Assembly (NCBI GenBank): GCA_965215015.1
Contig: OZ244042.1
Location: forward strand, 4,128,001 to 4,192,000
Length of the DNA stretch: 64,000 bases
Direction: 5' to 3'
Origin: Candidatus Poribacteria bacterium
GTDB taxonomy: Bacteria; Poribacteria; WGA-4E; PCPOR2b
The position numbers and the translations under genes were made by a program. Below are positions 1-9,078 of this stretch, piece by piece (position 1 is the first letter of the stretch; each line of letters starts with the position of its first letter). The notes below the pieces were generated by a model. It saw nothing but the letters and a program-made list of their open reading frames with translations. It ran no database searches and was not told the origin of the DNA.

Positions 1-510
1 CATGGGAGGTAATGTCATTGCGTGCCCGTTTAGCAGCTCACAAAGCAAAGTCGGGACTGGGGCTGATGCAATGGGCAGGATTTTGCTGCCCTATGGATTG
101 GCTACTCCTAATCTCATGCGGAAGAACTAGCATCACATGGACGCACAAAATTTGAATCCACCGAGATGTTCTTATGCCTATACGCTCGCTGGCATATTTC
201 TAGTGGCTGCCTAAGAATTTTCAAAATCAGTTTTACGCTTCAAAAAAACTGCACAGTCTTTATATCAATCAAAAATGGTTTCCTGCTCTCTCCCGCCCAT
301 TATGAGGTTCGGTTCTTAATTCTGAAGTACGCGGCACCAGCTGGAGCGATTGCCTCCGTAAATCCGAATCCTCGATTTTCCCTACATTTCTATTGATGTG
401 CAAATCTGAATCTGCTATGTATGATAGTAATTGGATTAGATTGCGACGAGTACTTTTGAGGCTGAGTGTAGTTGACGTTTTCCAAATACAAAAAAATTGA
501 GATAAATTCT

Positions 511-3500
511 ATGCGTAGGAAAAATAAACTCTTAATTCTATTCACGTTTATTGGAGTGACTCTTGTCATTGGGGGCGGACTGTTTTTAGGCACTCCCTAT
601 CTACTCAATTGGACCCGTTTGTTATTAGAATCTGAATTTGAAAAGCGGTTAAAACATCCAGTTTCTATCAGCCAAATTTCAGGAGATGTGTTGACCGGTT
701 TGAATATCAAAGGGGTGCAAATAGCGGATGCAAATCCCGAGAATCCGCCTCTAATTTCTCTGGATGAAATCCAGATAAAATATAGATTATGGAGTTTGGC
801 GCGAAGGAAACTCCTCATCACTCACTTGCATTTCAAGCACCCTCAAATCAATGCACATCTGGACGCAAATGGGGATTTCAACCTTGCCAAGCTAATTCCG
901 AAGGGGCGATCGGGGGCAAGTGCGAAACTGCCCATCCAACTACTAATTTCTGATATTAGTATCGAAAATGGTACTATCGATTTTGACGATAGAAGAGATG
1001 CTCTCAGAATTACAGTCAGTGGTATTAACAGTCGTAGTCGTGTTGATAACTCCCTAAAAAACTGGAAGCATATTGGCCATCTAGAGGTACGAGACGGACG
1101 TTTTGAGCTCAATGGCGTCGAAACGCAGATTGATGAATTCAGAACTGAATTTGAGTTACAGCAGAATCGAGGTGTGTTGCAATCACTGCGTCTAGCGTTG
1201 GGCAATTCTCTACTGACCGTTTCAGGCGAGGCAAGTAATCCCAGCAAACAATCCCCACGAGTCGAAACCCAAATTCACGTAACGCTCGATTTTCGTGACG
1301 TACAAAAAATCCTATCTCTCTCAAGTGAAATAGAAGGGGTAGCAGAAGTGGATGTAGAAGCCGGCGGGCCCGTGTCGGAAATTGTCGGGAGATTTGGACT
1401 TCGTGTCCCCTCCGCCCGGCTAAACTCACTTCAATTTGAGAATTTCACTATCCAAGCCGATTTTACGCCAAGCAGTGTCCGGATTACCAAAATTGATGCT
1501 CTACTTGCATCAGGTAAGTTGACGGGAGCAGTAGAAATTGACCTCCAGCCCAAGCAAGAAGATTCGCAACGTCTAGCGTACAAAGGTTGGGTACAACTTG
1601 ACTCCCTCCGGACGGAACAGCTACTACCGATTGTAGGTCTTCCCAAAGATTTTTTGGAGGTCAAAGGAGCTTTGGGGGGTAAGCTCCAATTCAGTGGTAA
1701 CGGCTTAGACCGCCGCAAGATTGCACTTGATGGGAATCTGCAATTGGACGATGCAAGTCTAAATGGGGTGCCAATTCGCCTTTCAGCAGCACGCTACCAA
1801 CTCAACAATGAGTACCTTTCAATTACAGCTAACCTCGACGACGCGCAAATTGAAATCAATGGCAAGTCCGGATTAACCGATCCACACGATATGGATCTGC
1901 ACATTACGAAAATTGATGTAGATAAGCTCGCACAAATCTTGCAACTACCAGACCTCGCCGGCGAAGGTACGCTCACCGGAAAAAGCAGTGCTGGTGTAGA
2001 AGATAATGCCCATTATTCCGTGCAAGCTCGTTTCAGTATTCCGGAAGCGACACTATATGATGTGCCAATTGGCGTTTTGACGACAGATTTCCAGTACACA
2101 GAAAATCAGGTTTTTCTGGACCCGATACGCCTTGTTAAGGGTGAAAGTGAATTGGTTGCTCATGGAATCGCCCGCATTGAAGAGGATATTCCAATTGAAC
2201 TCAAGGTGCGTGCACAACCGCTCCATATTGCGGATTATGTGAAGTTAACAGGGCATGATCATCCAATCGAAGGGATTGCAACAGGTGAGCTAGTGCTAGA
2301 CGGAACGTTAGCCCAGCTTAACGGTCGTGGAACACTTCAGGTTGCAAGCGGCAAGGCATGGGAACTAGCACTTGATCCGCTAACGCTACCGATAGAGATT
2401 GACAATTACATCGTGAAAATTCCAGATTTCGAGGTATTAACCCGTGGCCAAAAAGGTATCCTCAACGCACAAATTGATCCAAACCATGACTATGTCATTG
2501 ATTTTCAAAGTGAGTCAATGCAACTCGCAGAGATTGCGCTCGCACGTGGAATGACTGACTTCCTTTTAGATGCCGATCTGATTGTCACAGCCAAGGGGCA
2601 AGCGAACGCGGCGGATCCAATGGCAAATCTTACCTTTGAGTTTTCAAATGTTACTTACGCAGGTCATCCGCTGGAAGATGTTTATATCACTGGTACCTAC
2701 AGGGACAATGCGCTAAGCTTTGAGGGCGTTGGCTTTAATGATACCTGTCAAATCCGTGGAGTTTTGGAATCACTTGAAGGCAGCCCGTATCACATCAATG
2801 TTGATGGTGTGGGAGTTGATCTCCTTCCGTTCCTACGAATTTTTAATGCAGCAGACTATCTGACCGGCACAGCAGATGGTAATGTTGAGCTTACAGGGAT
2901 GCTAGAAGAGTTGCCAAAATTTACGTTCCAGATGCTTCTGTCCACAACCGATCTTGATATTAAGGGATGGCAGTTGATTAATCCTGATCCGATTCGTGTT
3001 TCCTTTGCGGACAATCTATGGCACGTGCAATCTCTCGTGCTCGCTGATAAACGGGATGGCAGTCCATTCCTGAACGCGGTGGGCACTTTTCCTGTTGTGA
3101 GTGAATTGGAAGGTCCTACACATGTGGATTCAAGGACTACCAATACACTCAGTTTTACTGTAGAAGCCGATGGGTTCCCATTTGAGGTATTGCACCTGTT
3201 GGGGCTCCCACCACTTCTCTCGGGCAACTTCAGCTGCAAACTCACAGGGAGCGGAACTTATGAGGTCCCACAATTGGCACTTGATTGGACAGTTCCGAAC
3301 TTGGCAGTGCAAACCCCCATTGGGCCGGTTGCGATTAGTGAAGCTGAGGGTAGTCTCGTCTATCAGGATGGGAACCTCACTGTTGGCTCTTTCGATCTAC
3401 TTGTACTCGGCAATCCTATCGCAGTGCAGGGGGATATACAAATGGATTTCAATCATTTGCAATCTTCACGCCTGAACCTCCACGCTTCATGTCCCAATTT

Positions 3501-6500
3501 TGAGTTGGATTCACGCGATTTTCAAAATTTGCCTGATTATCTGAGTAATCTTTTAATTCTGTTTAATCTGGAGGCACAAATTACTGGCGATCTAGTTCAA
3601 CCGGCGTTGACTGCCTCGGTTAATGCGACACAAAGGACGATGCAACTCTTGGATTTCCCTCAACCTGTTGAAGATGTGAGCGTCGCAGTTCAAATCTCAG
3701 CAGGCCAGAAGGCATCGCCTGACTTAATCGTAGTTAATCTGAAATCGGCGGATTGGCAGTTCGGAGGCGGTCAGTATCAGGCATCGGGGATTTGGCGTTT
3801 GCCCAAAACGGAACCGGGATTATCCCTGACCTCAATTATAGATACTCTGGAAGGGCACAATTCAGTCCAGTTTCAACTTTACGTCAATGGGGTAAATGTG
3901 GATTTCATAACGCCTCTGAACGATAGAATGAAACGAGGAAATTTCAATATAGAAAGTCGATCCAATATAGTGCTTGAACTACACGGTAGTGGCTATCGTC
4001 CCGACCAAATGTCAGCGACTCTCAGGTGTAGCGATCTGCGTACTAAGATTAACGGCCATGATGCGCGGAATATCAATGAGATTCAGCTCCATTTCACAGA
4101 TCGGAAATTCACGCTCAGACCAACCCAAATAGGTGAAGGAAGTGCTGTTTGGCTCAACGCTGCAGGTACTATCGACCTTGATGGAAATATGGACCTTCAT
4201 TTAGATTTGGATCGACTGCCTTATGGCGTGCTGCTGCCAGCAATAACACTAACACTTTTTGATCAATCTTTCCTGAAGTTTGAAGGTTTTCTGACGAGTC
4301 AAATTCGTGTACGTGGGGACCTTACAAATCCAATCATAACTGCAAAGTGGGAGTCGGATGGTTATATCGGAAACGCCAATCTTAAGGACAATGGAGGCGC
4401 AAGCTATCAGGAAAAATTGCTCTCCATCCAAAACACGCAACGGATTGTCGGTGTGAACAAGCAGCTAGAGGTATTTGGCACGATTCCAATCGATCTCGCC
4501 TTTCAACCAATAGATCTTGAAGATCGATTCCTAAATCTACCGATCGATTTGAAATTACGAGGGCAGCAGATTTCTTTGGTGCCCCTAGCGTTACTGTTGC
4601 CTCCGTTAATTGAACATGCCGATGGTATTGCTGATATAAACCTGAGAATACAGGGGACAACCGCTTCGCCTTACCCGCAAGGAAAGCTGTCGTTTCAAAG
4701 TGCCACCTTGAAGTTAGCGAACTTTGACATGCCAATTTCAAACGGGAAAGTTGAATTGCTGGCGGATAAGGGGGAAATTCGTATCCCTACACTCAGTTTT
4801 CAGGTGGGTCAAGGGGAGTATTCAGCAGAAATCAACTGTAAACTTGCTGGGCTTATCGCAACTGATTTTGAAATCTCCCGATTCAGCGTCTATAAAGCAA
4901 GAATTGCTGATTTTATCGGAAATCGATCAAGGTTGCTTAATCCCATTGTGTCGCGGTTTTTGAATCCCGAAGCGATTGGGACGGAGGTGATGTCAACCGA
5001 AGTGTTGAATGGATATATTACGGCGGAGGCCAGTTTGAAAATTCCAGTAAATCAGTTTCTTATCCCCGGCAAAACTGCATGGATTCCGACATTCATTAAG
5101 CCATTCAATCCACCAAATGTGATTAAGTATGTAACAGGTCAGCTAAATATTCAAAATATTCTAATTGAAGGGTTAGGTTATCAAATTCGTAACTCTAGGC
5201 CGATTGAGATTCAACTTGCAAACCAGAAGCTCAGCTTAGAAAACGGATTCAGCTTAGAAGATCAAAAATCGGTGCTAACCGAAGCCAAACGCCTGCGAGT
5301 CACAGGATTCGGAAGTTGGGAACTTGGTAAAAAATTGCTCTTTCATGTCGAAATGAAAAATCTTGATCTCGGCTTTATTTCGGGATTTCTGCCCGAAGCC
5401 TACGCCGTTCGTGGTTCTTTGAACTCCTCTCTTGATATACGTGGAACGGATGCTGAACCGAGGCTTTCCTTTAGGTGGGAAACCCCGGAACTGCGAATAA
5501 ACCAAGCAGAGGTTGATCAATTTACCGGTAGCGTCACGTATGAGGATCGAAAAATCCGAATTAGCGGAAAACAAAACGATGAGGCCCATCTGTCTATTGG
5601 GAAAAATCACGCCGCCCTATCTGTGCTGATTCCATTTCACCTATCCTTACTGGAATTCAAAGCTGAACCGTTACCAGAGGATATTGAAGGCGGATTAGAT
5701 ATAGCTATCGGAGATTTAGATTTCTTATCTCTCATTTTTCCTCAATTTGCTTTTACCGAAGGTACAGGGGCCCTTAATGCCACGCTTGGTGGTCGATTTG
5801 ACTCACCCGTGCTTAAAGGATCGACAAATTTAAGAGCCCTTGCGTTCGAGCTGCCAGATTCACATATTAGCTTAGAAAACGGAACAGCGCATCTCGATTT
5901 GACCGAGAGAGGTGTCAATATTCGACACATTACGGGAGATATGAACGATGGCACCTTCGAGATTAACGGAGTGATACAATCCGATTGGTTCAATGTACAG
6001 CGTATAGATGTCGTCGCTGAATTGAGTGAGGGTACCAAGTTTGAGAAACCCGGATTTTACCAACTTAGGTGTCAAAGCGTCAACTTACAGATGAAAGGCA
6101 CTGTCACGACAGATGGGAATCTCAAACTTCCACCCTTAAGAGGTTCAATCCGTGTCAAAGAAGGTCGATACGAGCAAGACTGGAAGCAGCTAGTTCAGGA
6201 TTTGGTGGATAAGGCAGCAGAGGTACAGTTTGAGGTTTGGTTCGATTACCCTATTGTGCGCAATCTCCAATTAGAGCTTGATATCATTGCCCCCAATAAC
6301 TTTTGGGTGGAATCAAATTTAGGGGAAATTGAGATTGAAACATCAATCAACGGTGAGATTGTTGGACCGATTCAAAAACCTATTTTTAGCGGACGCGTGG
6401 CCCTGTTAGAAGGTGAATTAGCTCTCTTTGGTGGTCATCAATTTGAGATTAAGGAAGGTTCGTATGTAGAAAACAAAAACGCACTAGAATTTAACCCGTG

Positions 6501-7002
6501 GTATGAGATCACTGCTGAGACAACCGAACCAATCCGAAGCGTTCCAGTTCCAACGACAGACGGTCAAATCCACACTAGAGATCTCAGGGTTACTGTGCAC
6601 TTGAGTGGCTACCTCAAGGAGAAGCATAACCCGGATTTCCAAGCGAAAGTCCTTAGAAAAGGGACCGGCGAAGATTATCAATTAACCCCGCATCAAATCC
6701 TTTCTATTTTAACACTTGGTGGAAATCCCCTTCTACAGTATATGGGTAGCGGGATTGCGAAAGTGGCGGATTTGAGCGAGACTCGTGTTGATCTGAGCCC
6801 TGACAATTTTGAACAGTCGCGTTTCCTTGTGACGAAAGAGCTCTCAGAACACCTCTCCTTGACTTATTCTTCTACCCTCCAACTTCACACAGAGCCTCGT
6901 ATTGAGGTTGAATATCAAATTAACCGACACTTTTATATCAAAGGCGAACGAAATGAACGCGGAAAATACGGCGTAGATCTCAAACTAGAACAGCGATTTT
7001 AG
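511..7002 (+). CDS. tamB: Translocation and assembly module TamB / AsmA-like protein
   Basis: ~2160-aa ORF with an N-terminal TM anchor, long beta-taco-like repeats and a DUF490-like C-terminus (VEYQINRHFYIKGE...GVDLKLEQRF); near an Omp85 gene. ATG at 511 preferred over TTG at 472. Confidence 0.85.
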   Translation: MRRKNKLLILFTFIGVTLVIGGGLFLGTPYLLNWTRLLLESEFEKRLKHPVSISQISGDVLTGLNIKGVQIADANPENPPLISLDEIQIKYRLWSLARRKLLITHLHFKHPQINAHLDANGDFNLAKLIPKGRSGASAKLPIQLLISDISIENGTIDFDDRRDALRITVSGINSRSRVDNSLKNWKHIGHLEVRDGRFELNGVETQIDEFRTEFELQQNRGVLQSLRLALGNSLLTVSGEASNPSKQSPRVETQIHVTLDFRDVQKILSLSSEIEGVAEVDVEAGGPVSEIVGRFGLRVPSARLNSLQFENFTIQADFTPSSVRITKIDALLASGKLTGAVEIDLQPKQEDSQRLAYKGWVQLDSLRTEQLLPIVGLPKDFLEVKGALGGKLQFSGNGLDRRKIALDGNLQLDDASLNGVPIRLSAARYQLNNEYLSITANLDDAQIEINGKSGLTDPHDMDLHITKIDVDKLAQILQLPDLAGEGTLTGKSSAGVEDNAHYSVQARFSIPEATLYDVPIGVLTTDFQYTENQVFLDPIRLVKGESELVAHGIARIEEDIPIELKVRAQPLHIADYVKLTGHDHPIEGIATGELVLDGTLAQLNGRGTLQVASGKAWELALDPLTLPIEIDNYIVKIPDFEVLTRGQKGILNAQIDPNHDYVIDFQSESMQLAEIALARGMTDFLLDADLIVTAKGQANAADPMANLTFEFSNVTYAGHPLEDVYITGTYRDNALSFEGVGFNDTCQIRGVLESLEGSPYHINVDGVGVDLLPFLRIFNAADYLTGTADGNVELTGMLEELPKFTFQMLLSTTDLDIKGWQLINPDPIRVSFADNLWHVQSLVLADKRDGSPFLNAVGTFPVVSELEGPTHVDSRTTNTLSFTVEADGFPFEVLHLLGLPPLLSGNFSCKLTGSGTYEVPQLALDWTVPNLAVQTPIGPVAISEAEGSLVYQDGNLTVGSFDLLVLGNPIAVQGDIQMDFNHLQSSRLNLHASCPNFELDSRDFQNLPDYLSNLLILFNLEAQITGDLVQPALTASVNATQRTMQLLDFPQPVEDVSVAVQISAGQKASPDLIVVNLKSADWQFGGGQYQASGIWRLPKTEPGLSLTSIIDTLEGHNSVQFQLYVNGVNVDFITPLNDRMKRGNFNIESRSNIVLELHGSGYRPDQMSATLRCSDLRTKINGHDARNINEIQLHFTDRKFTLRPTQIGEGSAVWLNAAGTIDLDGNMDLHLDLDRLPYGVLLPAITLTLFDQSFLKFEGFLTSQIRVRGDLTNPIITAKWESDGYIGNANLKDNGGASYQEKLLSIQNTQRIVGVNKQLEVFGTIPIDLAFQPIDLEDRFLNLPIDLKLRGQQISLVPLALLLPPLIEHADGIADINLRIQGTTASPYPQGKLSFQSATLKLANFDMPISNGKVELLADKGEIRIPTLSFQVGQGEYSAEINCKLAGLIATDFEISRFSVYKARIADFIGNRSRLLNPIVSRFLNPEAIGTEVMSTEVLNGYITAEASLKIPVNQFLIPGKTAWIPTFIKPFNPPNVIKYVTGQLNIQNILIEGLGYQIRNSRPIEIQLANQKLSLENGFSLEDQKSVLTEAKRLRVTGFGSWELGKKLLFHVEMKNLDLGFISGFLPEAYAVRGSLNSSLDIRGTDAEPRLSFRWETPELRINQAEVDQFTGSVTYEDRKIRISGKQNDEAHLSIGKNHAALSVLIPFHLSLLEFKAEPLPEDIEGGLDIAIGDLDFLSLIFPQFAFTEGTGALNATLGGRFDSPVLKGSTNLRALAFELPDSHISLENGTAHLDLTERGVNIRHITGDMNDGTFEINGVIQSDWFNVQRIDVVAELSEGTKFEKPGFYQLRCQSVNLQMKGTVTTDGNLKLPPLRGSIRVKEGRYEQDWKQLVQDLVDKAAEVQFEVWFDYPIVRNLQLELDIIAPNNFWVESNLGEIEIETSINGEIVGPIQKPIFSGRVALLEGELALFGGHQFEIKEGSYVENKNALEFNPWYEITAETTEPIRSVPVPTTDGQIHTRDLRVTVHLSGYLKEKHNPDFQAKVLRKGTGEDYQLTPHQILSILTLGGNPLLQYMGSGIAKVADLSETRVDLSPDNFEQSRFLVTKELSEHLSLTYSSTLQLHTEPRIEVEYQINRHFYIKGERNERGKYGVDLKLEQRF

Positions 7003-7237
7003 ATAGTATCATCAAATATAACTATTATTGAACTTTCCGAACCATAGTGCAACTCTCTTTCTGTCAAATAGTTGTCGATAAACGTCTCTGATATGAAGCC
7101 CTAACAAAACTGCCATAATCCTGTAACATCTCCATGCTATAATAGTTTTTTTATATCTTACATTTGAACAGTTACCCGCATCTTTGGGGACAAACTACTT
7201 GAACGATAGATGGTGACGCCAGAACAAGATCTTCACC

Positions 7238-8584
7238 ATGAAGAACCAAAAGAAATCAGGAGAACAAAATTTTATGAAGACATGTCTAGTAACCATGCCT
7301 GCTAGGCCTCAATTCCTCAAATTACATCATCATTCGGTCATCTTGAGTAGGAATCTCTCTACTACAACGATTCAGAGATTCCTTGCCTCCTTCAGGACAA
7401 CGCTTTGTGGAGGATTGATCTTGGTGATCTTGCTGACCGGCTGTGAACCGCAACAGAAAATAGATCATTTGAAAATTGGGAGGCAACAACTGCTAAATTC
7501 AGGACTTGTGGTTGATGCAGTTAAACATCTGAAACAGGCTGAAATAGACGAGATAGACAAGACCGAGCCTCGCGTGTTGTTGCTCCTTGCATACTCGCAC
7601 GGGCTCTCAACGGGAACTGCGAAAGCACAAGGGTTGGACGCGGAGTTCAGAAGTGAACGAGCACAGCGGTTAGCTGCGTTAGAAGATGTAGAAATTAAAA
7701 ACCTCCTTCAACTCTTGGTAAGACGTTCTCGGCTCCATAAAGATGCAATACAAGTAGTTGTTGACAAAGGTGTAGATGCAATCCCTATCTTGATTAATGC
7801 TTTAAGTAGCATTGAGTTTCAAAACCTGCATGGCGACATCATAGAAATGATATATCAAATTGGAAGCGATAGTCTAGATCTTATGATTGATGCTATTCAG
7901 AATGCTGATATATCAACGGAGGTGAAAGTCGCACTCGTGCGCCTTATCGGGAGGATTGGGGCGCCACAGAGTCTTGACGTTTTGGAGGGAATCCACAGTC
8001 AAACCGACGATGCCGGATTGAAGATGGAAGTCAGTGTCACACTCTACAGGCTCGGAAAGCATGAATACTCGACAGCAATTGTCAAAGGCTTAGACAATGA
8101 TGATGTGAATGTACGTCGTGCGGCTGCGCGGGCGATGATACATCTTAATGATTACCCAGTGGACCAGGTACTTAAAGTGCTTCAGGACATTGATAATAAC
8201 GTGGTTACCTATGCGGCGGAGGCATTTCAAAATCGCCCAAATACACAAGCAGTTATGCCACTCACCGAAGTCCTCACAGGTCCAGCCGATAACGCCGCAA
8301 AACAAGCAGCTTCTGAAGCGCTGCGTATTCACGCAGAACAGAAGTTGGCAAAGGGGCTGACCAGCCGGCTTATTAAAATGCTGATTTCTGGCAAAATTGT
8401 GAACGCCGAAGATCGACTCCGTATTCTTCAGCTGCTTCGGAAAGATGCACTGACAAAACAAATTAAAGTAGCTGCGTTGGTAGATCCACAACTGCCCTAC
8501 GACCTTGATCAGTACTTGAAACAGAGCGAAACACATGAAATAGTTAAAGGAGAGCTGAGATGGCTACTTTCCGAACTGGAGTGA
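7238..8584 (+). CDS. HEAT-repeat lipoprotein
   Basis: Lipobox LLTGC after a hydrophobic stretch; HEAT/PBS-like repeats (LDNDDVNVRRAAARAM, LQDIDNNVVTYAAEAF). Start uncertain (7238, 7274 or 7295). Confidence 0.7.
   Translation: MKNQKKSGEQNFMKTCLVTMPARPQFLKLHHHSVILSRNLSTTTIQRFLASFRTTLCGGLILVILLTGCEPQQKIDHLKIGRQQLLNSGLVVDAVKHLKQAEIDEIDKTEPRVLLLLAYSHGLSTGTAKAQGLDAEFRSERAQRLAALEDVEIKNLLQLLVRRSRLHKDAIQVVVDKGVDAIPILINALSSIEFQNLHGDIIEMIYQIGSDSLDLMIDAIQNADISTEVKVALVRLIGRIGAPQSLDVLEGIHSQTDDAGLKMEVSVTLYRLGKHEYSTAIVKGLDNDDVNVRRAAARAMIHLNDYPVDQVLKVLQDIDNNVVTYAAEAFQNRPNTQAVMPLTEVLTGPADNAAKQAASEALRIHAEQKLAKGLTSRLIKMLISGKIVNAEDRLRILQLLRKDALTKQIKVAALVDPQLPYDLDQYLKQSETHEIVKGELRWLLSELE
7337..7401. repeat. Degenerate palindromic REP/RPE-like element inside the coding sequence
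   Basis: AGGAATCTCT (7349-7358) pairs with AGAGATTCCT (7374-7383); imperfect outer arms GTCATCTTGA / TCAGGACAAC. Confidence 0.6.
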
Positions 8585-8804
8585 GGGATAGTTCTCCCCT
8601 AATCGGAAAATGAACAATTCGGAAAAGCCATGTGCAAACTGCTTAATCTCCTGCATGTTACGGAGCTGCATGTCCCCAAATATTAACACTTTAAAGCCCT
8701 CTACTATGCGCTGTCTATGACAAAAAGTCCAAATTAATCCACATCAACTCTCCAATCTGCTTACCCCTTTGTGCGATAACCTATTACTATACCTCCGGTA
8801 AAAT

Positions 8805-8915
8805 TCACACCCAACTGCTGATGAGTTCGGTTACGATAAGGTGTGCCCGTTTTCCCACAGTGATTTCTCCTTGCTCTTCTAGCCCCACCGCGATTATCGT
8901 ATTGAATTCTGATAT
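8805..8915 (-). pseudogene. Remnant of an amidohydrolase C-terminus (PhnM-like)
   Basis: One minus-strand frame reads AVGLEEQGEITVGKRAHLIV, similar to the GL.DRGEI..GKRADLV tail of metal-dependent amidohydrolases; no full ORF. Confidence 0.4.
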
Positions 8916-9078
8916 CAAAATCGGCTACAATAAGCGTTAGCGAATACCATTTCTGGTTCCAAACCAAATTCTTAAAATCTTTAAGAGGAAAAGCGACACT
9001 CCCAGACCTTGAGTGTGGGAGACAACGGAGGTAACTCCTACTCTTTGAACCGAGCCGGAAGGGGGTGAAAATATAGGG

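Noticed and set aside
1-470. Short ORFs at the window start (166-396, 390-593)
   Set aside because: No recognisable motifs or RBS; likely non-coding or a fragment that cannot be called.
8761-8967. 68-aa ORF with RRARRNH...YR resembling an IscB/Cas9 bridge helix, plus a hairpin at about 8999-9021
   Set aside because: No RuvC or HNH motifs and too short; another frame better matches an amidohydrolase tail remnant.
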